Positions 13,981 to 28,362 of a stretch of DNA of 63,858 bases are shown here, in pieces. Made by a program: the position numbers and the translations under genes. Below the pieces are notes generated by a model. The model was not told the DNA's origin and did no database searches. It was given only the letters and a program-made list of their open reading frames with translations. Location: contig NW_019217971.1 of assembly GCF_002571385.2 (NCBI RefSeq), positions 389,050 to 452,907 on the forward strand. The letters run 5' to 3'. The first letter of the stretch is position 1; the number at the start of each line of letters is the position of its first letter. The DNA is from Stylophora pistillata (Eukaryota).

Positions 13981-14649
13981 AACAAATATAGAACTCTGGA
14001 ACAGGTAAGAGGTATACCTAGAGAAAGAGGTAGAGTACCCTCTAAAAGAGAAGTTGTTAAAGGATTTAGAAGTCCTACTGACAGCAAGTTAGAAACAGCA
14101 GATTGCAAGAAAATGACAACTGCATATAGGGGTGCTGTTGAGGAAACTTTGCAGAGATGGAATTTCTGAATGTAAACCTGTACAAAGGAAGTAGCAGTTG
14201 GTTTTGAGTTCTCTGGCATTGACAGGTCTTTGGAATTGAGAGTCTCTCTCATGTATGATGAAAAGGAGTTATGTCAGGTAGCACTTTCTTGACAGTGATG
14301 ACCACTCAGATGTATTTCAGGAAGTGCAAACATCTATTGCAAGGTCTATGGGGGACTTTTACCAGTCAGTGCATTGTGACATACACTATGCAGAGAGCAG
14401 AGATCAACAAACCTATTATCTGGTCAGTTACTGCAACAGATACTGGAGTCAATTTGTCTTGACCTATCCTTGCTATTGATCACACTGATATCTGCCAATG
14501 ATATGCTGCTGTTGCAAGCAGTTTCACAAAATGGTCAGTCAGAAAACTACTTATGCCAGCTCAGACGTAGATTGGGTTGAAATGGTCTGTGCTGATCTGT
14601 TTTCACTCCAAAAACTATGTTAGGAATAGGCAGGGAGAAGACGAGGAAA

Positions 14650-15480
14650 ACAGCAGCCTTATGTGTAGAAGAATGGAATACACACACACTTCTTGACAGG
14701 CCAACATCACAGTGCCCAGAGAGAAGACTGCCCTAGTGACCTTGGAAATGAACAGGTTAAATGTAGACACACCTGTGCTTAGGGAAACAAGATTGCCTGG
14801 ATATGACAGCTTGGTAGATTGTAGGTACATTTTCTTTGGAGTGGGAAACCAACTCAAGAAGGAGAGAAGCAGGAGTAGGCTTTATGGTTACAAAGGTGAT
14901 AACAGCAATGCTTGACGAGGAACCAATATGAGACTCCCACTATAGCAATGTAATGCCACTTTCAGTGTGTATACCCCAACAATGACAACACAGAGGAGGT
15001 GAAGGAAGAATTCTATAGTGACTTATGCGAGACAACTGGGTGTGTACTGTCTGATGACTGGCTGATTATACTCATGGGGGATATTAATGCTAGAGTTGGT
15101 TCAGACACTGAGAAATGGAAAGGAGTGCTTGGCAGTCATGGAGTAACCAAGTGCAATGCTAATGGAGAACTTCTACTTGTACTATGTTCAGAGTTCAACC
15201 TTGTGGTAGCCAAACCTTATTTGAGCACAAAGACACACAAGAAGTTATGGATACACCCAAGATTTAGGCGCTGACACTTGTAAGACTACATCATGGTAAG
15301 AGAGAGACACAAAGGATGTATTGGACACCAGAGCAATGAGAGGAGTGGACTGTGTTACTGATCATGCCATGCTGAGAGCTAGATTAAGGGTTTGTGGACA
15401 AAAACAGTACAGCAAAACAGGTGGAAAACCACTGAAGAAGCTAGACACTTGTGCACTGAAAGGCTAAAGAAGCAGGAAGA
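14650..15480 (+). mobile_element. Degenerate RTE-like LINE, AP-endonuclease region
   Basis: Frameshifted fragments REKTALVTLEMNRLNVD..ETRLPG, KEEFYSDL, MGDINARVGSD, GVTKCNANGELLL, WIHPR, and a downstream DH motif. Confidence 0.8.
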
Positions 15481-16969
15481 ACTAACACGGAAAATGGGTG
15501 AAAACCAAGGAAGTGAGAGGGTTTCTGTGGCATAATTGCTTTAAGGTGGGTTCTTATAATCCAAGGGATGATGTCTGATGCTCTTCTGTTCTTTTTTCCC
15601 TTCATAATGGAAAGTTGAGTCATCTACTTAGTCTTGAAAGCAATGCTTCACTGTGGCCATCTTAGTGGTAGAAAGGGTTTTTCTCATCTTATAGTTTTGT
15701 TTGTTTCTGTGACCCTTACTTCAAGATGGCCGTATGTGTTCTGTGTTGGAGGAAGAAAGATTATCTTTGCATGCATATTCGACTTAAGCTGGTTGTCATC
15801 TGTGTGTCCTTGGAGAGTGCTGCTCTTCTGTGGTCCTAAAGTTACATGGATTTTACTATGAAAGATGCAGGATGGTTTCCAGTTCGCATTACTTTAATGT
15901 GCTTAGTCATCTCTGTGTTTTATAACTGTAATATGGTCTTCAACAAAGTGGCTTTTAATTGTTTTTGAAGTAAAGGTGATAGTCATCTGTTGTCTTTGCT
16001 TCAAGTGCTTGTTTTCATCACTGTGGTAGAAGATTTGATTGTTTATTTCTGTCTTTGCTTCAAATTGACTTATCATCTCTGTAGAATCAAGTAAGCTTTG
16101 AGTTGCGTTTGATCAAGCTATAGTTTGCTATTAGTGTGGTGGTGAAAATGATGCTCCTCTGTCGCCTTCGTGTTATGGTGCCCTGATGTTATCTATGAGA
16201 AAGGAATTAGTGTGAGGGTGATGTTCTCAAGTTGCTGTTGCTGTAATTAAATTGGGTTGTCACCTGTGTTCTATGAGGCACAGTCTGACATCTCTTGGTT
16301 GCCCTCACCTGCATGTTAAAAATTGTAATGATCTTGTGTATTTTGCTTCAATTTGTGTTAAAAGAAGAGTGCATGAGAAAGCCTTTGGTAACTTCATGGT
16401 TTAACATGGTTCTTTAGCTGTGAAGTAGTGACTCTGATGGTCTTCTGTCATCTTTGACTTCTTTACCAGTGGGAGGCAGTGAATTGCGTTGAGTGGACAT
16501 GTAGTTGAAGGTGGCATCTCGTGTGTTGTCATATATTATCATGATGGATTTTAAGTAAACATGGCTGCAATGTTGCTTTTCATCTGTTTTGTAGGAAGTT
16601 TGCTGGTCTAGAATCTGTTTGGTCTGTGGTAGCCCTCACCTCAAGATAGCTTGTTGTCATCGATTTAGTAAGAAGTGTGATGGTCTTCTGTGACCCTTAC
16701 GATGGCTGGTTGTCATGAAGTGAAACTGATCCTTACTAACTCTTGCTTCTGGTTGTCATTATTGTCATCTTTGTGTTAAGAAATTTGATGATCGTAACTG
16801 CTTCAAGGAAGTTTGTTGTCATCCGCATTGTTTGGAGCTGTGGTTGTGGATTAGGATGTCTGAATATGAATATGAATATTTAGAGTGGCCATTAATTCAA
16901 GGTGGCTTCTTGCCACTGTGTAGAAGGAAGTAAGATGTTCTTTAGTGACTATTACCTTGGAATGGAGTG

Positions 16970-18450
16970 TGTTGGATTTGCGTGGTAGGGTGTGCAATGC
17001 CCATGCTTTGTAGCTTTTGGTTTCAAGCTATTGGGGCTTGTGAAGCCAGTAGTACAGCCTGCAGAAGTGTCATCTGTTTGGGAGGATGTGTGATTAACAT
17101 TTATGGTCCTGTACGTAGTCTTCAGAGGGCGTTTGTTTTATCGGTGTGGTAGGATTTGGGATTCTGAAAAGTACTACTCATGGGTTTCCAGTTAATATCA
17201 TAAGATGGTTTAAGCTTTTTCTTAGTGTTTTGGTTTTTAGTAGCAGGATGTGCCATGCTCTTCTGTGGCTTGTTGTTACAACTTATTGGGGCTTTTGAAG
17301 TGAGAAATATTGCAGAAGTGACATCTGTTTGGAAGGATGTGTGATTAACATATATGTTCCTGTAATCTTCAGAGGGGTTTGTTTTCATCAAACGAGTGTG
17401 GTTGGATTAAGATTCTCAATAGTACTTCTCATTGATTTCAGTTGATATCTTGTAAGAAGGGTGTATGAAGCTTTCTGTTAGTTGGAAGGGAGTGGGTTGG
17501 ATTTGTGTGGCAGGATGTGCCATGCTCTTCTGTGGCTTGTTGTTGCAACTTATTGGGGGCTTGTGAAGTCAGTAGTATTGCAGAAGTGACATCTGTTTGG
17601 AAGGATGTGTGATTAACATACATGTTCCTGTAACCTTCAGAGGGGGTTTGTTTTGATCAGTGGGGTTGGATTCAAGATTCTGAAAAGTACTTCTCATTGA
17701 TTCCAGTTGATATCTTGTAAGAAGGGTGAAGCCTTTTTTAGTTGGAATAGAGCAAATTAGATTTGTGTGGCAGGATGTGCCATGCTCTTCTGTGGCTTGT
17801 TGTTGCAACTTATTGGGGCTTGTGAAGTCAGTAGTATTGTTGAAGTGATATCTTTTTTTAGGAGTAAAGGCTGATAGTTTCTAAAGAAACTGTTTGGGGC
17901 TGCATCGGTGGGGGTAACGAAATAATTTGGAAATATCAACAAAGTTGAAATGGTAAATTGGCCACCGTAACGATTACAAAAGCTGACGTTTCGAGCGTTA
18001 ACCCTTCATCGGAGCAAATAGTGGAATTGTGGGTTGTGTGTGCTTTTAAAGGCAGAAAATGGAGCTATGTTATTGGTGGGAACATGGCAGCGAGAAAACA
18101 TGACTAAATTAGTGGAATGAAAAGCGTTCATTGATCCCGGTGGGATTTAGACTGCCGAAGGAGGATGTGTGATTAGGATTTTAGGAGGATGTGTGATTAA
18201 CATATATGTTCCTGTAGTCTTCAGAGGGGGGTTGTTTTGATCAGTGTGGTAGGATTCAAGATTCTGAAAAGTACTTCTCATTGATTCCAGTTGATATCTT
18301 GTAAGAAGGATGAAGTTTTAGTTGGAATGGAGTGTGTTGGATTTGTGTGGCAGGATGTGCCATGCTCTTCTGTGGCTTATTGTTGCAACTTATTGGAACT
18401 TGTGAAGTCAGGATGCGAGATTCTCAAAAGTGCAGTTGATATCTTGTAAG
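16970..18450. repeat. ~255-bp tandem array (4-5 copies) interrupted by a Penelope-like fragment at ~17867-18150
   Basis: Repeated GGATGTGCCATGCTCTTCTGTGGCTTGTTGTTGCAAC and GGATGTGTGATTAAC. Confidence 0.8.
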
Positions 18451-21400
18451 AATTAGGCTTAAGCTTTTTATTAATTTTTCCTCTTTTTGATTATTGGGCA
18501 GGTGTGGTGAAATGTATGAATAATAGTGTCTTGCTGGAAAGCTTATGTTCTTGAAGTTCTTGGAGCAAGTTATCTTGGCTTGGTGAGTAATCTTTTAGAA
18601 GTTAAGTGCTCCCATAGGGTGCATTCCTCCAGGTGCCTTTTGCAGTGGCAAATTGGTAAGAACTTTGGTATTCTTCTATAGAACCTGTGTATTCCTGTAA
18701 GTGTGTCATTTTTCTGTGGCTCAGGGTGACCTCTTACACTCATCTGAGTTGTGGGACAGTGTGTTGCTCTTCAGTGGCTTTTGTACTTCAAATTAGCTTG
18801 TTAAGTCATGTGTAAAATTGGAAGCGAAATGCTCTCCTGCTACTCATTTTTGCCAGTTTGCCTGTTGTGATCAGCTGTGTGGTAAGGAACCTTGGTGCTT
18901 TTCTTTGGCAGGTGGGTTCCAATGTGCAGCCTTCAGGTGGTTTGTTGTGACCATCTCAGCCAATTAGTATCTTTGAAGTGTGCTGTAGGACCATATGTGC
19001 AGTTGGATGTGTCGTTCATGTTGTCATCTCTGCAAGAGGAGCAGCGATGGTTGCATGCAACTTGGATAGTTTTAAAAGAGTGTGTTGCTATTCAATGGCC
19101 CTTGGTTCAGAGTGACGTGCGATAGTTGAGATTGCTTTTGTAGACCTGCAGCTATGTCCATAGTAAGCACACAAGTTCCTGGTTTAAGCTATAAAATATA
19201 ACTGCACACTTCTCAATAAAGCAAGTAATTCAAGCAATCTAAATTAATATAGTTAACAGACCTCTTTGCATACATCCAAAAACTCTTATGCACAAACAGT
19301 GTTTTTGGTCGATTGTTCAATTTATGAAGATCTAGCCATTGTTTTCCTTTCTCTTTTTAAGATACTGTTGTCTAATTTTCTTATTTTTCTACTGGTTTGA
19401 GTAATTACTCTAAATTTAAATATCACTTCAAGTATCAGGATCCTGTGTTCCTTTTTTGATTTCAGTGTCTTTAATTTGACCACACAGTGTTGTGCCTTTG
19501 TGTACTTATGGATTTTATATGCTACTGAGAAAACAAAAATAGGCATGTAGTCTGACCTGTTATATACTTTTGGCATATTTGTATTCTTTATCTTGCTCAC
19601 TTTAGTATGTGAAAAACAGAGTAGGAATTTTTTTCTCAGTCTATAAGCATTTTCTCCAACAAGTCATATTTTTCCAGTCTTACTTGGCAGTCAGCTGCAC
19701 AAGAATTTAGACCAATTGAAACAATAAACACCCTTAAAAATAATCATCTCTTCACCTGGTTTCTCCTCCTCCCAAATACACATCATTGTCAAGCCTCACC
19801 TTGCTAGTAGTTGTGGGAATGCCCCAAAAGAGGCATAATTCTTGGATAAATGTGCTCCTGAAATAGGCTCAAATGAAACACTACTAGTCTTTCTATGTCC
19901 TGAAAAGTAAACTTTGTTAGTAATTTTTTTACTATGATGAAATGACTCACACACAGGTTTTTTTTTGTTTTATTGTTTTTGGACCACTTTTACATGATGA
20001 ATCTAGTCTAAATATCCTGAAATTAAAATGTTAGTAGATTTGAAATTATGTTTAGTGAAACAGCCCTGAAAAAAAAAGGAAGCAGTTACTAGTTTTATCT
20101 AATGTTTAAAAAAACTACTCAGACACTGGTCTTTATGGTTTTTATTGTTTTCAAACGTTTACACTGTGACCTATGTTTTTCTTATCATCCTGAAAAAAAA
20201 TTGTTTAGTTAGTAGATTTATCCAGTATGTATTTTGCATAGTTTACACTATGAGCCGAAAAGTAAAAATTTGTCCTGAAAAAAGAATGTTTGTTTTATTT
20301 TTTGTTTATTTGTACAAAAATGGACACAGACACATGCTTTTCTTTTTTTATTTACTATTTTTAAAATGTTACATCATTTCTATATTAAGTTGTGTCTATG
20401 GATGGGATGCGCATTCCTAAGTGAAAACATTAGCATCTGAGGAAACCTCTAGTGTTCTGTGTCAGTAAATGTTGACACCTGCAAGGAACACTCAGGGTGT
20501 CCCAGATAGAGTATATGGATCACATGCAGCCTGCTAACAGTAGTGATTATTGTTACCAGGCCTCTGTAATTAGCATAGTTAATTGGATGCCAATTATATT
20601 TCAAACTGAAAGCTGAAAATGATGACAATCGTGAGTTTCAAAAGTGCCGGAAAGCCGAAGGAACTTAATTGAAAGCTTTTACATACCTGCTGAACTTACC
20701 TTATCCATGATAGCTCCATAGTCAATATTATTTACAAAAATTTGGCTGACAGCAGGTTTGCTGTAGTGTCAAGAAAATTGGCTTAAAGTATGTTTAAAAA
20801 AAGCTGAAGTTCGATATTGGCCAATGTTTTAACTCAAAAGCTATATCCTCTCTGCTGATCCATCCTCAGGACTGATTTGTGATGTTTGGCAATGAACTGC
20901 TTTCTCTACAAATTTTGGATGACATAATAAGATAATTGTCCTGTGTTGTAAACTTGAAACAAAACAGTGGCCTGAAATTTTGACTGACAGCTTTCAAGCC
21001 ATCATAATGAAATGTACAATTGGCTTAATTTTTTTTTGTGACCTAGACTGTGATGTGTGTTATTTTCCCCTATTTCCCACTAAATGAAGCCTTGACTGGT
21101 GGCTTCAACTGGAGCTAAACCATTAAACAGGATAGAAGTAGCAAATGGGCATACTCCCCCTGCTGAATCGCTTAAAAATCTCCAGTTACTTACAGCAAAT
21201 AAATGTCTGGTTGAACCTTTTGGCCAAAATGGTTTTGCCATAATGAATTTTAAGGCATAATTTGGATGACAGTCTCACTGGATGCCAGTCCTTGGTGTGG
21301 CTGCTATATAGTGAAACTTTAATGAAAAGTTTTTCAGCGCACAACAAAGTGGTAGCTTAAGCGCTGAAGAAGCTTGTGATGAGCATAGAAGAGCCATTGT

Positions 21401-23571
21401 AGTTCAATGCTTCTGTCGAAGCAGTCGAAGAGTTGTTGTCTTGAAGTTGATGCGGAAGTATGATCCAAAGCCGAAACCTATCTGAACCTAAACCGAGTAC
21501 CTATGCCGAACCGAAACCGAAAGTACCTGAAAAGGAACCCAATGAAGAGACCTTAAGGGAGGACCCATCCAACCCATGGGGACCCAACTAACCTAACTAC
21601 ATTAGATTAAGCCGAATGTGAAGTCCATGGACTTCGAGCCCAAATTTGATGCAAGGTTCATCCAGAGCTCTAACTAATAACCCTCCCTGCCAACCCATAA
21701 AGGAATGAGCTAACCAGTTTGTATTTGTCTTCCATCGGTATCTTCTTTCCCAGTTGAACATCTGTGAATAAATCCTAAGATGTAGTGGAAATCAAAAAGG
21801 AGTGAAGAGAAACCTTAGGTCTCATCTTCCAACAATCCAATTTCCCACTTCCCAAAATGTCCTCACCAGAGTCCAACTGGTACACTTTTGCTTTAGTGGT
21901 ATGGTGGCTGGACCAGATAGAAAACGAACTTGGATGCAATCAGCAGGGAGAGGGTAATACTGAAACGAAAAAAAAAATTCAACTAATGATTTATTTATAC
22001 TTTATGGTGTTAATGAGGAAGTGGATGTAAGAATTAATTAACGCAAGTATGAAAGAGTGAAATATGAATGGTGGATGAATGAATGAATGAATAATAGGGG
22101 GACTGAACATGGACGGAAGTATTAATTAATGACAGACTGTCTGAAATGTGCTTCAATGAATGAATGATAAATTGGCAACGCAAAACAGCCGTTTTAAAGA
22201 CAAGTATCTCTTGAAAAATACTAGAAATTACCACTGGAGCCATGCACAGAGTGCAGATAAGACCAAAGCATAACCTCAAACAAGAATAGTAACTATCTTA
22301 ACAAGGTTATGGATATTTGATTACCCCAATAGAAAACGCAACGTTTTTAGAGGGTATGTCAGTTGTATTAATTTTTTTGCCCTACGAAGGTTGATTTATG
22401 ACGAATTGATTCTTAGCGAATGCCCTCGTTTCAAAAAAAAAAAATTTTAAAGTAGAGAAAAACCGACTGAAAATGAACGACAGGAAGAAATCTGAGCAAA
22501 CATTCAGCGAAAACAAACAAAAAGAGTTGGCTATTTTCAAAAAATATTTTCATTTTTTCGCTAACAAGTCATATTTGGAAAGATTTCCGTATCACCCCAT
22601 ACCAATCAAAAACAAAGCCGAATTCCTGAAGGTTATCTGTTGTTTTACCTCTGTTTTCTTTTATCCAAGAATTGTATGCATAATGAAGTATGGGGTTATA
22701 CGGAAATCTTGCCACATATTTTTTTGTGAGTAAAAAGGTCTGAAGGGGTACTTTAAAAACGGTGGCGATTTACTTAAGAGGCTGGGAAGATCGACCGAAT
22801 TAGCGGTTTTAGAAACAACAAGGCGTCCGAAAAAAATTTAACAAGCAACAGGATGAAAGAATTAAAAAAAAAGAAAAATATGAGTGACCAGTGGATGTTT
22901 CAAATCTTTACCTAACGACTGTGCTTTGTTGCTTAAAGATCTGAAGGAGAAGCCGAATACATAACTTTCACTTACATGTGAACGGAAAAAGAACGCAAAA
23001 AGGACTAGGCAAGAGTTCCATATAACCCCAGACAATAATTATGCATAGAGTGTTGCAAAGAAACCTTTATATTTAGTCTTTAGGAAATGGAATGCAGAAT
23101 TAATGTAGGGGGTTATATGGAACTCTTGCCCTATTTTGCAGTCAAATACCTCGTTTGACTCAGCAAATTTTTTTAAAAATGAAATTATTCAATTTTTCGG
23201 GTAAAAAGTTGGAGACGTTTCGGAAACATGCTGCACGGGTTTTTCGCGCCAAACCGGTGCCGTTCCCGACTGAAAGTGTTCTGGATGTTTTTTAACTTTT
23301 GATAAAATTATTCTATAAATTATTCTCAAGTCTTAATCATCTTGTTTGACTTGCTGAAAATTCTATTGTGATGTATGAAACAACGGATAATTAATCACCT
23401 CTTTTTATGTTTTGTGTAGCGTGTCTCATCTTTCGCGGCTGCAACATTTACATTTGACGAATGCAAGAAAGCCGAGAAGTTAGCGATTCTTTGGGTAAGT
23501 TCTGTAACGAAAACCGAAATTAAAATGAGCTCATTTCTGTTTCAAAGAATGTCTTAACCAACCTTCATCTA

Positions 23572-23820
23572 GCGCCTCCCGGTTAGCTCAATTGGTAAGA
23601 GCGCTGGACTGTTGTGCGGGAGGTCGAGGTCGATGGTTCGAGCCCCGGCCGGACCAACACTCAAGGTCTTAAAATAACTGAGGAGAATGCGCTGCCTTTC
23701 TATAACAAATGGATAGACATTCTAGTCTTCTTGGATAAGGACGAATAAACCGTAGGTCCCGTCTCCTGCATCTATTAATTAGTTAATTTGGTTAGGCAGG
23801 AGACGTTAAAAAACCCACTC
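23572..23820 (+). mobile_element. tRNA-derived SINE
   Basis: A-box TAGCTCAATTGG and B-box GGTTCGAGCCC, followed by a conserved body. Other copies at ~9955, ~54468 and ~57870. Confidence 0.8.
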
Positions 23821-23982
23821 ACGAGATTGCTGTGATGTGGTCTGGCCTGTTTATTGGGAATTGGGGGGATGGGGTATCTTCAAATAAGTTTCCTTCGATT
23901 GTTTGTAAACTGCTGATGCAGTCCGGCCAAAGTCCCCCGAAAAGTGTTGTGATGCGCATTTGATCATATCCATTTGGCCGAA

Positions 23983-24048
23983 CAATGACGATGACAATGA
24001 CAATGACAATGACAATGACAATGACAATGACAATGACAATGACAATGA
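23983..24048. repeat. (ATGACA)n microsatellite
   Basis: About 11 hexamer units. Confidence 0.95.
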
Positions 24049-24124
24049 CTGTTGTCGTAGTTCTTGCGTACTGAAGATGACGTGCTCTCATGGCTATCCA
24101 CGCGGGCATATAAATGTCCGCGTG

Positions 24125-24360
24125 GGTAAAGTTCTCAAGAAGTGCATGAACAAATTCGATTGTCTTGTCAACGAGATGCTTTACATCAAACAATCAACAT
24201 CGAGTTTGAATGTGCAAACGGATTTTATCCGTGCTAAAGTATTTATGTAGCTACCTCCCCAATGCAAATTAGTTGTAACTCTTGAACTCGCATTTGTTAA
24301 TTTTATTTTCATTTGTACCCTTGATAATGGCGTCATGAAGTCGCTGAAACGTCGGGATAT
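24125..24360 (+). mobile_element. Penelope-like element 3' remnant (end of GIY-YIG ORF plus hammerhead-like motif)
   Basis: KVLKKCMNKFDCLVNEMLYIKQ..SLNVQTDFIRAKVF*, then TTGATAATGGCGTC..GAAACGTC at ~24321-24353. Confidence 0.65.
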
Positions 24361-24542
24361 TATATCGCTCGTTTTTACCTGTCTATGTATTACTAAATCT
24401 TTGTTAATGCGATTATTATTATTAGCGTAAAAAATGAATTTTCCGGAGCGAACAAGTTCCTCCTTACAACACGTTTATTTATGAAATTATGTTTCCATTT
24501 TTATACAAGGGAAAACTTATTTAAAAAAAAATAGTAATTTAC

Positions 24543-24660
24543 CAGTTTTCCTCATTCTTCTTTCCAATTCGTGAGTTTTGTTTGGTTTCACCACCGTCTG
24601 AGCCTTGAAGGAGAAGTATTTCTTAGCTTCTTCTTTCGGAAGATTAATGCTGTCTGCCAT
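24543..24660 (-). CDS. Possible first coding exon of an unidentified gene (MADSINLPKEEAKKYFSFKAQTVVKPNKTHELERRMRKT)
   Basis: AAGATGG start context and a G|GTAAAT donor. Downstream exons are not securely identified. Confidence 0.3.
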
Positions 24661-26850
24661 CTTTACACGTGTTGCTGTCTGAATGGAAAGGTTTGAAAAG
24701 CGCGCCTTGTCATCTTCCGAGCCCACGTGGCCTTACACTCGTCGCTGATAGGCGTATTTCATGTCAGCTATCTTGCGTCATAGATTGACACTGGTATACC
24801 ATTCTTTCAAATATTATTTAGGGGCCAGTCCTTTTCAGACCCCTTTACTTCCGGTCAAGGGAACAACTAGCTCTTTTTCCAAAAACTGAAATCCATTGCT
24901 GGACAAAGTTATCATAATCTGTAATTCCCTTGGATTTTGATAAAGCAAAAACGAAACAGCCTTATGATCACACTAAGTTTTATTGTACAGTACATAAATC
25001 TTCTTAGACGGTTTGGTTTGTAGTATCGCTGAGTACTTTCACGAGTTGTGTCATATTTTGACGAGCGCGCAGGGTGAATCAAAATACAAACAATGAGTAA
25101 ATATACTCCGATACGCTACACACTAAAACGTATACCGGTAATAAGTTAATCATCCAACTGCTTTATTTTGTATGTAGTACACTGCTAAAATATTGTCCAT
25201 TTTTCCTCTTTGAAACAACTCATGCAAGATGGTCAACATGTCAAACAAGTTTTTTTTCCAATAGAAAATAACCAACTACTCGTTGGCAATAACTGTACAA
25301 TATCGCGGGATATTTGTACTCAATCGGAGCCTTGGAACTATGGGCCAAAGGTGTGGAACTTATTCAATAGTGGGTTTAGATAACTAGGGGTAAAACTTTA
25401 TTTCAGATCTGAAAGCTTTAAAAAAATTCAGTTTAATTCCATTTGTCTACAACTTACGATTGAATGCTTTAAACCACTTAGTTAGGAAACGCCCATTTAG
25501 AAGTCATGCCAGAGGCTGCGATTGACGTTTCTAACATAATGGGAGAAAATGTTATGCCCTTGCCAGGATTAATAGGCGTGCCGATCCGACAAAGTGAAGT
25601 ACGAAGAGCACAACAGAATCTCTATCAATTGGGTCATTTTGAGTCCCTTACCTATGAGCACAGATGGGTGGGGTATCTTTATTAGAGCGCTTCGGACAAT
25701 ATTTGAGCCTAGGTATCTCCAGACTGACAGCAACCTTTTTTTATACAGAACCTAGCGATGTTCAAGATAATGATGACGTCACTGTCACTTAGCAGGAAAC
25801 GAAGAAACTGGATACGGCACGAGGTTGACCAACGGTTGAGAAATGCAAATTCCTTTGATACCGCAATTCTGTGAGTTTTCATGTGAAATGTACTACAACC
25901 AATTTCTTCAGGCCCCACTCAGTTTACACCATTGCAACTTCCAAAGCTCCCGAAGAACAATTCAAGACATCCATCGAAGTATCTCTTTGTCGACTGAAAC
26001 AAGTTACCACAATAAACAAGTAAAATACAAGCATTTTTTTGTCAATTTATTTGTTGTGAATTGCATTAAAAACTTCCACGGGATGCTAGTCTATCGCCAT
26101 GAATTTACACCGCTGCGGATGGACGCATTTAGAAATTTATTTTGTTTTGGAAGGCAAAAGAAATAACGAAAGTCCGGTTTATTCTTGAAGTTTAATACTT
26201 TAAACACAGTTTCATTTAATGCTGGTCGAATAATAAATTAGCGATAAATGGTCAACTTTTCATCAAATGCGTTTGCCATTCTATCGCCTCTATCTCTTTG
26301 CTTTGTAGAATTGTGTATTTACTACTGTTTCTTTTGTTCTTAACTAATCTAATTTTCAATTTGCAGAATTTCTGATGAAAGTTTGTAGAATTTCCACTTT
26401 TTAGTAACGGTATGGCTTCTACGTTAGTTTCCAGTTTCCTGTAAGCGCGTCTTCTAATAGTGCTATCGTTCTTGCCCTCTTTAATTATTGCACGAGTTAC
26501 GTGAAGCCGGTCTTTATCTAACGGTTTGATACTATATTATGTATATGTTCTTTTTAAATTTTAGAAATTACTTAGAAGGACAAACTAAACAATAACGGCT
26601 CTTTAAACCTTTGACCCGCAAGAGTGACTAACATCTAATTTCTCCTCATCACATAATAAGGTCACAAGAATAAAGGAAACAAATTCTCCTTGTCAGCGCC
26701 TTACGAAATGTATAGAGAACAGTATGGAGAATATGCATACTGATATTAGGGTGTAAAGGGTCAAGAAGCTACAGTCCCAGGCATAACTAAATAGGACACC
26801 TCTCCAAAGCAACGTATGTGATGTTCTGTCACCCTTCTTCCCTATTCATT

Positions 26851-27240
26851 GGCCGTTTTCACACTAGAGGACGGACAAGCCGTCTGGACGGACAAATCGT
26901 CTTAGACGAGCAAATCGTCTGATATTTGGCCGTCTGGAAAGACGATTTTTTGAAGACGATTTGTCCGTCGAGACGAATAAGTCGACGACAGTACGACTTA
27001 AATTTATATCAGACGGTGAAATGTTCGATTTTCTCGCCGCGAGGAAATGGGACCAGCAAAAGAGCGAGGTTTTTTGGGAAGTTTCAACATGGCAGCAGCC
27101 TTTTTGCTTTACTACACGACCTAGTGCCTGTTCTCTTTGCGCTCGAAAGACGGACAACTTTTCGGCATATGGCCTTCTCGAATTCAAATTCGACGAACAA
27201 ATGCCAGACGATTTGTCCGTCCCCTAGTGTGAAAACGGCC
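26851..27240. mobile_element. 390-bp Harbinger/PIF-type MITE
   Basis: TIRs GGCCGTTTTCACACTAG / CTAGTGTGAAAACGGCC, 3-bp TSD ATT. Duplicate copy B has the empty site at ~29951. Confidence 0.9.
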
Positions 27241-27435
27241 ATTGTTGTTAATCGCAAAAGTTCCTATGCCATCTTACAGACCAACATTGAGAGTGGCAGG
27301 AGAGGCAGTAGGTGTCCCAACAAATGAGTAGTAAACATTCTTGGGCAATGACAATGGTGGCGGAAATTTGAACGAACCAATCTTCAAACGTTTAATTGCC
27401 GGGAGGAGATGTTGAAGCTTCGAGTTGATCGGCCC

Positions 27436-27587
27436 TGTAGATAGATAACTACTGACATATCTGTCGCCTCAAAACGACTGCACACTCAATGAATTTTCAA
27501 AACGGACTTTTAGTTGATATAAAAAACTCGTAGATACCTGTGTGTGCATTCATTTTAGGGCGACAGATATGTAGTTATCTATCTACA
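27436..27587. mobile_element. ~150-bp MITE (second copy at ~30146-30297)
   Basis: TIRs TGTAGATAGATAACTAC..ATATCTGTCGC / GCGACAGATATGTAGTTATCTATCTACA. Confidence 0.7.
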
Positions 27588-28362
27588 TTTTATTCAAAAG
27601 GTGCAACTTTGCTAATCAGCATTTTCAGGCCGATCGTTTGGGTATTATTACCTCTCCGAATTTCAGTTATTCGACAGAAAGAACGCATGGGAGGCTGTTT
27701 CAATTAAGTTTACTTTATTAATAAATATTTTCGAGTTCAAACCATTCAACTAAAATATGTATCTTATCAGTTCTAAAATTAACGCGTCTCCTATCTTCAC
27801 CTGGGGGCATTTCATATAAAAATAGACGTTTCTTGTGGAGCCTGCAAGAAACCGGTTGAAAAAGTAAGGAAACCAGGGCGTGTTCTTAAAAGCTTTCTTC
27901 GCAGCTAGTCTTAAAGAAAACCAGCACAGTTTAAAAGTTATTTGAGGTCAACAAAAGCATCTTACTGCTTTGCCTGCTGAAAGTAGCCGGCGAAAACGCT
28001 AGCCGCTGGTATTAAGTAGTAGTAGTAGTAGAATCTTTATTTATACACGATAAGAATTAAAGCTAAAAAGCTTGTGGGGTCGTGTACTTAACAAAATAGT
28101 ATCTAGCTAACTTATGATTATACTAAGACACATTTCAAAGTAAATAAGAAACTATGATACAATAAAACATTCAATTTCCTCTCAACTTAAAAGTACTTGT
28201 AATCAGTTAATCTATTCCTAGCCGTCGAACCTGATAAACTAGTAAAAGTAAAGCTTGTCTTCACTAACAAACACCTCACAAACANACCTCTATTCTGTAT
28301 TTTATCATGCATCTGCCATCTGCTCCGTCTAACATATTTCGTTGTTCGGGTATGGAGTATCA

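Larger units (their letters stand above)
26507..27935. repeat. Copy A of a ~1-kb local duplication (copy B at 29610-30645)
   Basis: Colinear high identity starting at CCGGTCTTTATCTAACG in both copies. Confidence 0.9.
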
